NCBI GenBank assembly: GCA_950097015.1
Contig: CATNEN010000001.1
Span: 10,602,001-10,666,000 of the forward strand
Direction: 5' to 3'
Source of the DNA: Macrostomum hystrix
Lineage: Eukaryota > Animalia > Platyhelminthes
Length of the DNA: 64,000 nucleotides
In this document: positions 60,135 to 64,000 of the stretch, one piece after another
Layout of the letters: each line of letters begins with the position of its first letter
How positions within the stretch are numbered: position 1 is the stretch's first letter
The notes under the pieces: generated by a model
Databases searched by the model: none
What the model saw: only the letters and a program-made list of their open reading frames with translations
Told to the model about the DNA's origin: nothing
Position numbers and translations under genes: made by a program

Positions 60135-60848
60135 CACCAATCAGCAGGATGAAGGGAATCGATGCGCTAGCTTTCACAGACATTTCTGCTAAAATAAATT
60201 GTTCGAAAGACAGGTTTTTTTAGTCTAGATTACAAAACAGATCGTAAAATGCTCTGCGGTTTCTTTCGTTTTTCCTTTCTCTCTACTCTCTATATAGCTA
60301 CTCAATGCTGTTACTGACAGTCAGTGGTTGAGTTGTTTCCGTTCTCGCTTCAATTGTGATAGTAGGTAACTTGCAGTAAAGTTAAGCTCAATTTTTGTCT
60401 AAAAATGTTTCAGCGTTTCTGCTGCCTCTGCTGGCATGAAGCATGACAATGAATTGTTGTAAACAAGGTGACGGATTCTTTCTTGGCCTGGTTGACTGAC
60501 CACGGCAAAAATTTTGAGGCCTGCCAGCTGAATGGGCTTGATCCGATTCTCTTCCACAGCAATTGTCTGAATTCTCAAGTTTCAAGACGGCTTGTGTCTT
60601 CGCTGCTGCACATAGTTGTACAAGGCAAAAGATAACACTTTGATTTAGGCTCCAAAATACTTACTTTTTTGCATTCAATTGGCAAATTCAATGGAAACAT
60701 AGACAGAAGATTCTGGGCCTGCTGTGCAATTTTCTGTCACTGAATAATCTGACAGTGGCCCACTGCCCACAAGCAAATTTACTCTAGTTTACTAATTTAT
60801 TAAATATTCTACGACAGGAAATACTGACCACTCAGAATTTAAGAGTAG

Positions 60849-63800
60849 ACCCACTCTCCATTCCCACTCTCCTATCCCACTGTCCCATCCCACTGTCCCA
60901 TCCCACTGTCTCATCCCACTGTCTCATCCCACTGTCTCATCCCACTGTCTCATCCCACTCTCCTATCCCACTGTCCCATCCCACTGTCTCATCCCACTCT
61001 CCTATCCCACTGTCCCATCCCACTGTCTCATCCCACTCTCCTATCCCACTGTCCCATCCCACTGTCTCATCCAACTGTCCCATCCCACTGTCCCATCCCA
61101 CTGTCCCATCCCACTGTCTCATCCCACTGTCCCATCCCACTGTCCCATCCCACTGTCTCATCCCACTGTCCCATCCCACTCTCTCATCCCACTCTCTCAT
61201 CCCACTGTCCCATCCCACTGTCCCATCCCACTGTCCCATCCCACTGTCTCATCCCACTGTCCCATCCCACTGTCCCATCCCACTGTCCTATCCCACTCTC
61301 TCATCCCAATGTCCCATCCCACTCTCTCATCACACTCTCTCATCCCACTATCTCATCCCACTGTCTCATCCCACTGTCACATCCCACTGTCTCATCCCAA
61401 TGTCCCATCCCACTCTCTCATCACACTCTCTCATCCCACTATCTCATCCCACTGTCTCATCCCACTGTCTCATCCCACTGTCTCATCCCACTGTCCCATC
61501 CCACTCTCTCATCCCACTGTCCCATCCCACTCTCTCATCCCACTCTCTCATCCCACTCTCTCATCCCACTGTCTCATCCCACTGTCTCATCCCACTGTCT
61601 CATCCCACTCTCCTATCCCACTGTCCCATCCCACTCTCTCATCCCACTGTCCCATCCCACTCTCTCATCCCACTGTCCCATCCCACTGTCCCATCCCACT
61701 CTCCTATCCCACTGTCCCATCCCACTCTCTCATCCCACTGTCCCATCCCACTCTCTCATCCCACTGTCCCATCCCACTGTCCCATCCCACTGTCCCATCC
61801 CACTCTCCATTCCCACTCTCCTATCCCACTGTCCCATCCCACTGTCTCATCCCACTGTCCCATCCCACTCTCTCATCCAACTGTCCCATCCCACTGTCCA
61901 ATCCCACTGTCCCATCCCACTGTCACATCCCACTGTCTCATCCCAATGTCCCATCCCACTCTCTCATCACACTCTCTCATCCCACTATCTCATCCCACTG
62001 TCTCATCCCACTGTCTCATCCCACTGTCTCATCCCACTGTCCCATCCCACTCTCTCATCCCACTGTCCCATCCCACTCTCTCATCCCACTCTCTCATCCC
62101 ACTCTCTCATCCCACTGTCTCATCCCACTGTCTCATCCCACTGTCTCATCCCACTCTCCTATCCCACTGTCCCATCCCACTCTCTCATCCCACTGTCCCA
62201 TCCCACTCTCTCATCCCACTGTCCCATCCCACTGTCCCATCCCACTCTCCTATCCCACTGTCCAATCCCACTCTCTCATCCCACTGTCCCATCCCACTCT
62301 CTCATCCCACTGTCCCATCCCACTGTCCCATCCCACTGTCCCATCCCACTGTCACATCCCACTGTCTCATCCCACTGTCCCATCCCACTGTCTCATCCCA
62401 CTGTCCCATCCCACTCTCTCATCCAACTGTCCCATCCCACTGTCCCATCCCACTGTCCCATCCCACTGTCACATCCCACTGTCTCATCCCACTGTCCCAT
62501 CCCACTCTCTCATCCCACTCTCTCATCCCACTGTCTCATCCCACTCTCCTATCCCACTGTCCCATCCCACTCTCTCATCCCACTGTCCCATCCCACTCTC
62601 TCATCCAACTGTCCCATCCCACTGTCCCATCCCACTGTCCCATCCCACTGTCCCATCCCACTGTCACATCCCACTGTCTCATCCCACTGTCCCATCCCAC
62701 TGTCTCATCCCACTGTCCCATCCCACTCTCTCATCCAACTGTCCCATCCCACTGTCCCATCCCACTGTCCCATCCCACTGTCCCATCCCACTGTCACATC
62801 CCACTGTCTCATCCCACTGTCCCATCCCACTCTCTCATCCCACTCTCTCATCCCACTGTCTCATCCCACTGTCTCATCCCACTGTCTCATCCCACTGTCC
62901 CATCCCACTCTCTCATCCCACTGTCCCATCCCACTCTCTCATCCCACTCTCTCATCCCACTCTCTCATCCCACTGTCTCATCCCACTGTCTCATCCCACT
63001 GTCTCATCCCACTCTCCTATCCCACTGTCCCATCCCACTCTCTCATCCCACTGTCCCATCCCACTCTCTCATCCCACTGTCCCATCCCACTGTCCCATCC
63101 CACTCTCCTATCCCACTGTCCCATCCCACTCTCTCATCCCACTGTCCCATCCCACTCTCTCATCCCACTGTCTCATCCCACTGTCCCATCCCACTGTCCC
63201 ATCCCACTGTCCCATCCCACTCTCTCATCCCACTGTCCCATCCCACTCTCTCATCCCACTCTCTCATCCCACTGTCTCATCCCACTGTCTCATCCCACTG
63301 TCTCATCCCACTGTCCCATCCCACTCTCTCATCCCACTGTCCCATCCCACTCTCTCATCCCACTCTCTCATCCCACTCTCTCATCCCACTGTCTCATCCC
63401 ACTGTCTCATCCCACTGTCTCATCCCACTCTCCTATCCCACTGTCCCATCCCACTCTCTCATCCCACTGTCCCATCCCACACTCTCATCCCACTGTCCCA
63501 TCCCACTGTCCCATCCCACTCTCTCATCCCACTGTCCCATCCCACTCTCTCATCCCACTGTCACATCCCACTGTCCCATCCCACTCTCTCATCCCACTGT
63601 CTCATCCCACTGTCCCATCCCACTGTCCCATCCCACTGTCACATCCCACTGTCTCATCCCACTGTCCCATCCCACTCTCTCATCCCACTCTCTCATCCCA
63701 CTGTCTCATCCCACTGTCTCATCCCACTGTCTCATCCCACTGTCCCATCCCACTCTCTCATCCCACTCTCTCATCCCACTGTCCCATCCCACTGTCTCAT

Positions 63801-64000
63801 CCCACTGTCCCATCCCACTCTCTCATCCCACTGTCCCATCCCACTGTCTCATCCCACTGTCCCATCCCACTGTCTCATCCCACTCTCTCATCCCACTGTC
63901 TCATCCCACTCTCTCATCCCACTCTCCCATCCCATTGTCCCATCCCACTGTCCCATCCCACTCTCTCATCCCACTGTCCCATCCCACTGTCCCATCCCAC
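60849..64000. repeat. 13-bp satellite (CCCACTGTCCCAT / CCCACTCTCTCAT), >3.1 kb, runs off the window end
   Basis: More than 240 units, directly visible. Confidence 0.97.

Overview
This is eukaryotic (animal) genomic DNA. It has spliceosomal introns and an extreme load of mini- and microsatellites; the style resembles a free-living flatworm such as Macrostomum, which is an inference only. I assembled exons by hand and checked splice sites and phases. They give: (1) a 5-exon, 224-aa secreted/GPI-anchored protein with two 6-Cys modules (292-10747, +); (2) a 2-exon SHP2/PTPN11-like SH2-SH2-PTP phosphatase (-); (3) a broken Crypton/DUF3504-type tyrosine recombinase; (4) a divergent ionotropic glutamate receptor/IR-like gene of at least 12 exons (+); (5) ankyrin-repeat exons; (6) a 6-exon Tom70 (+); (7) two inverted CRAL-TRIO genes that are near-identical from start codon to last codons but unrelated outside; (8) a kinase-less PAN/Apple-like plus ALK/LTK glycine-rich-domain gene (-). 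The non-coding DNA holds more than 20 different tandem arrays (4-52 bp units), two tRNA-derived SINE families, LINE remnants, Helitron-like ends and a Helentron/HINE-like dispersed element whose copies have spawned different satellites. Most long ORFs in the ORF track are repeat artefacts. There is no CRISPR array, rRNA or convincing tRNA gene.
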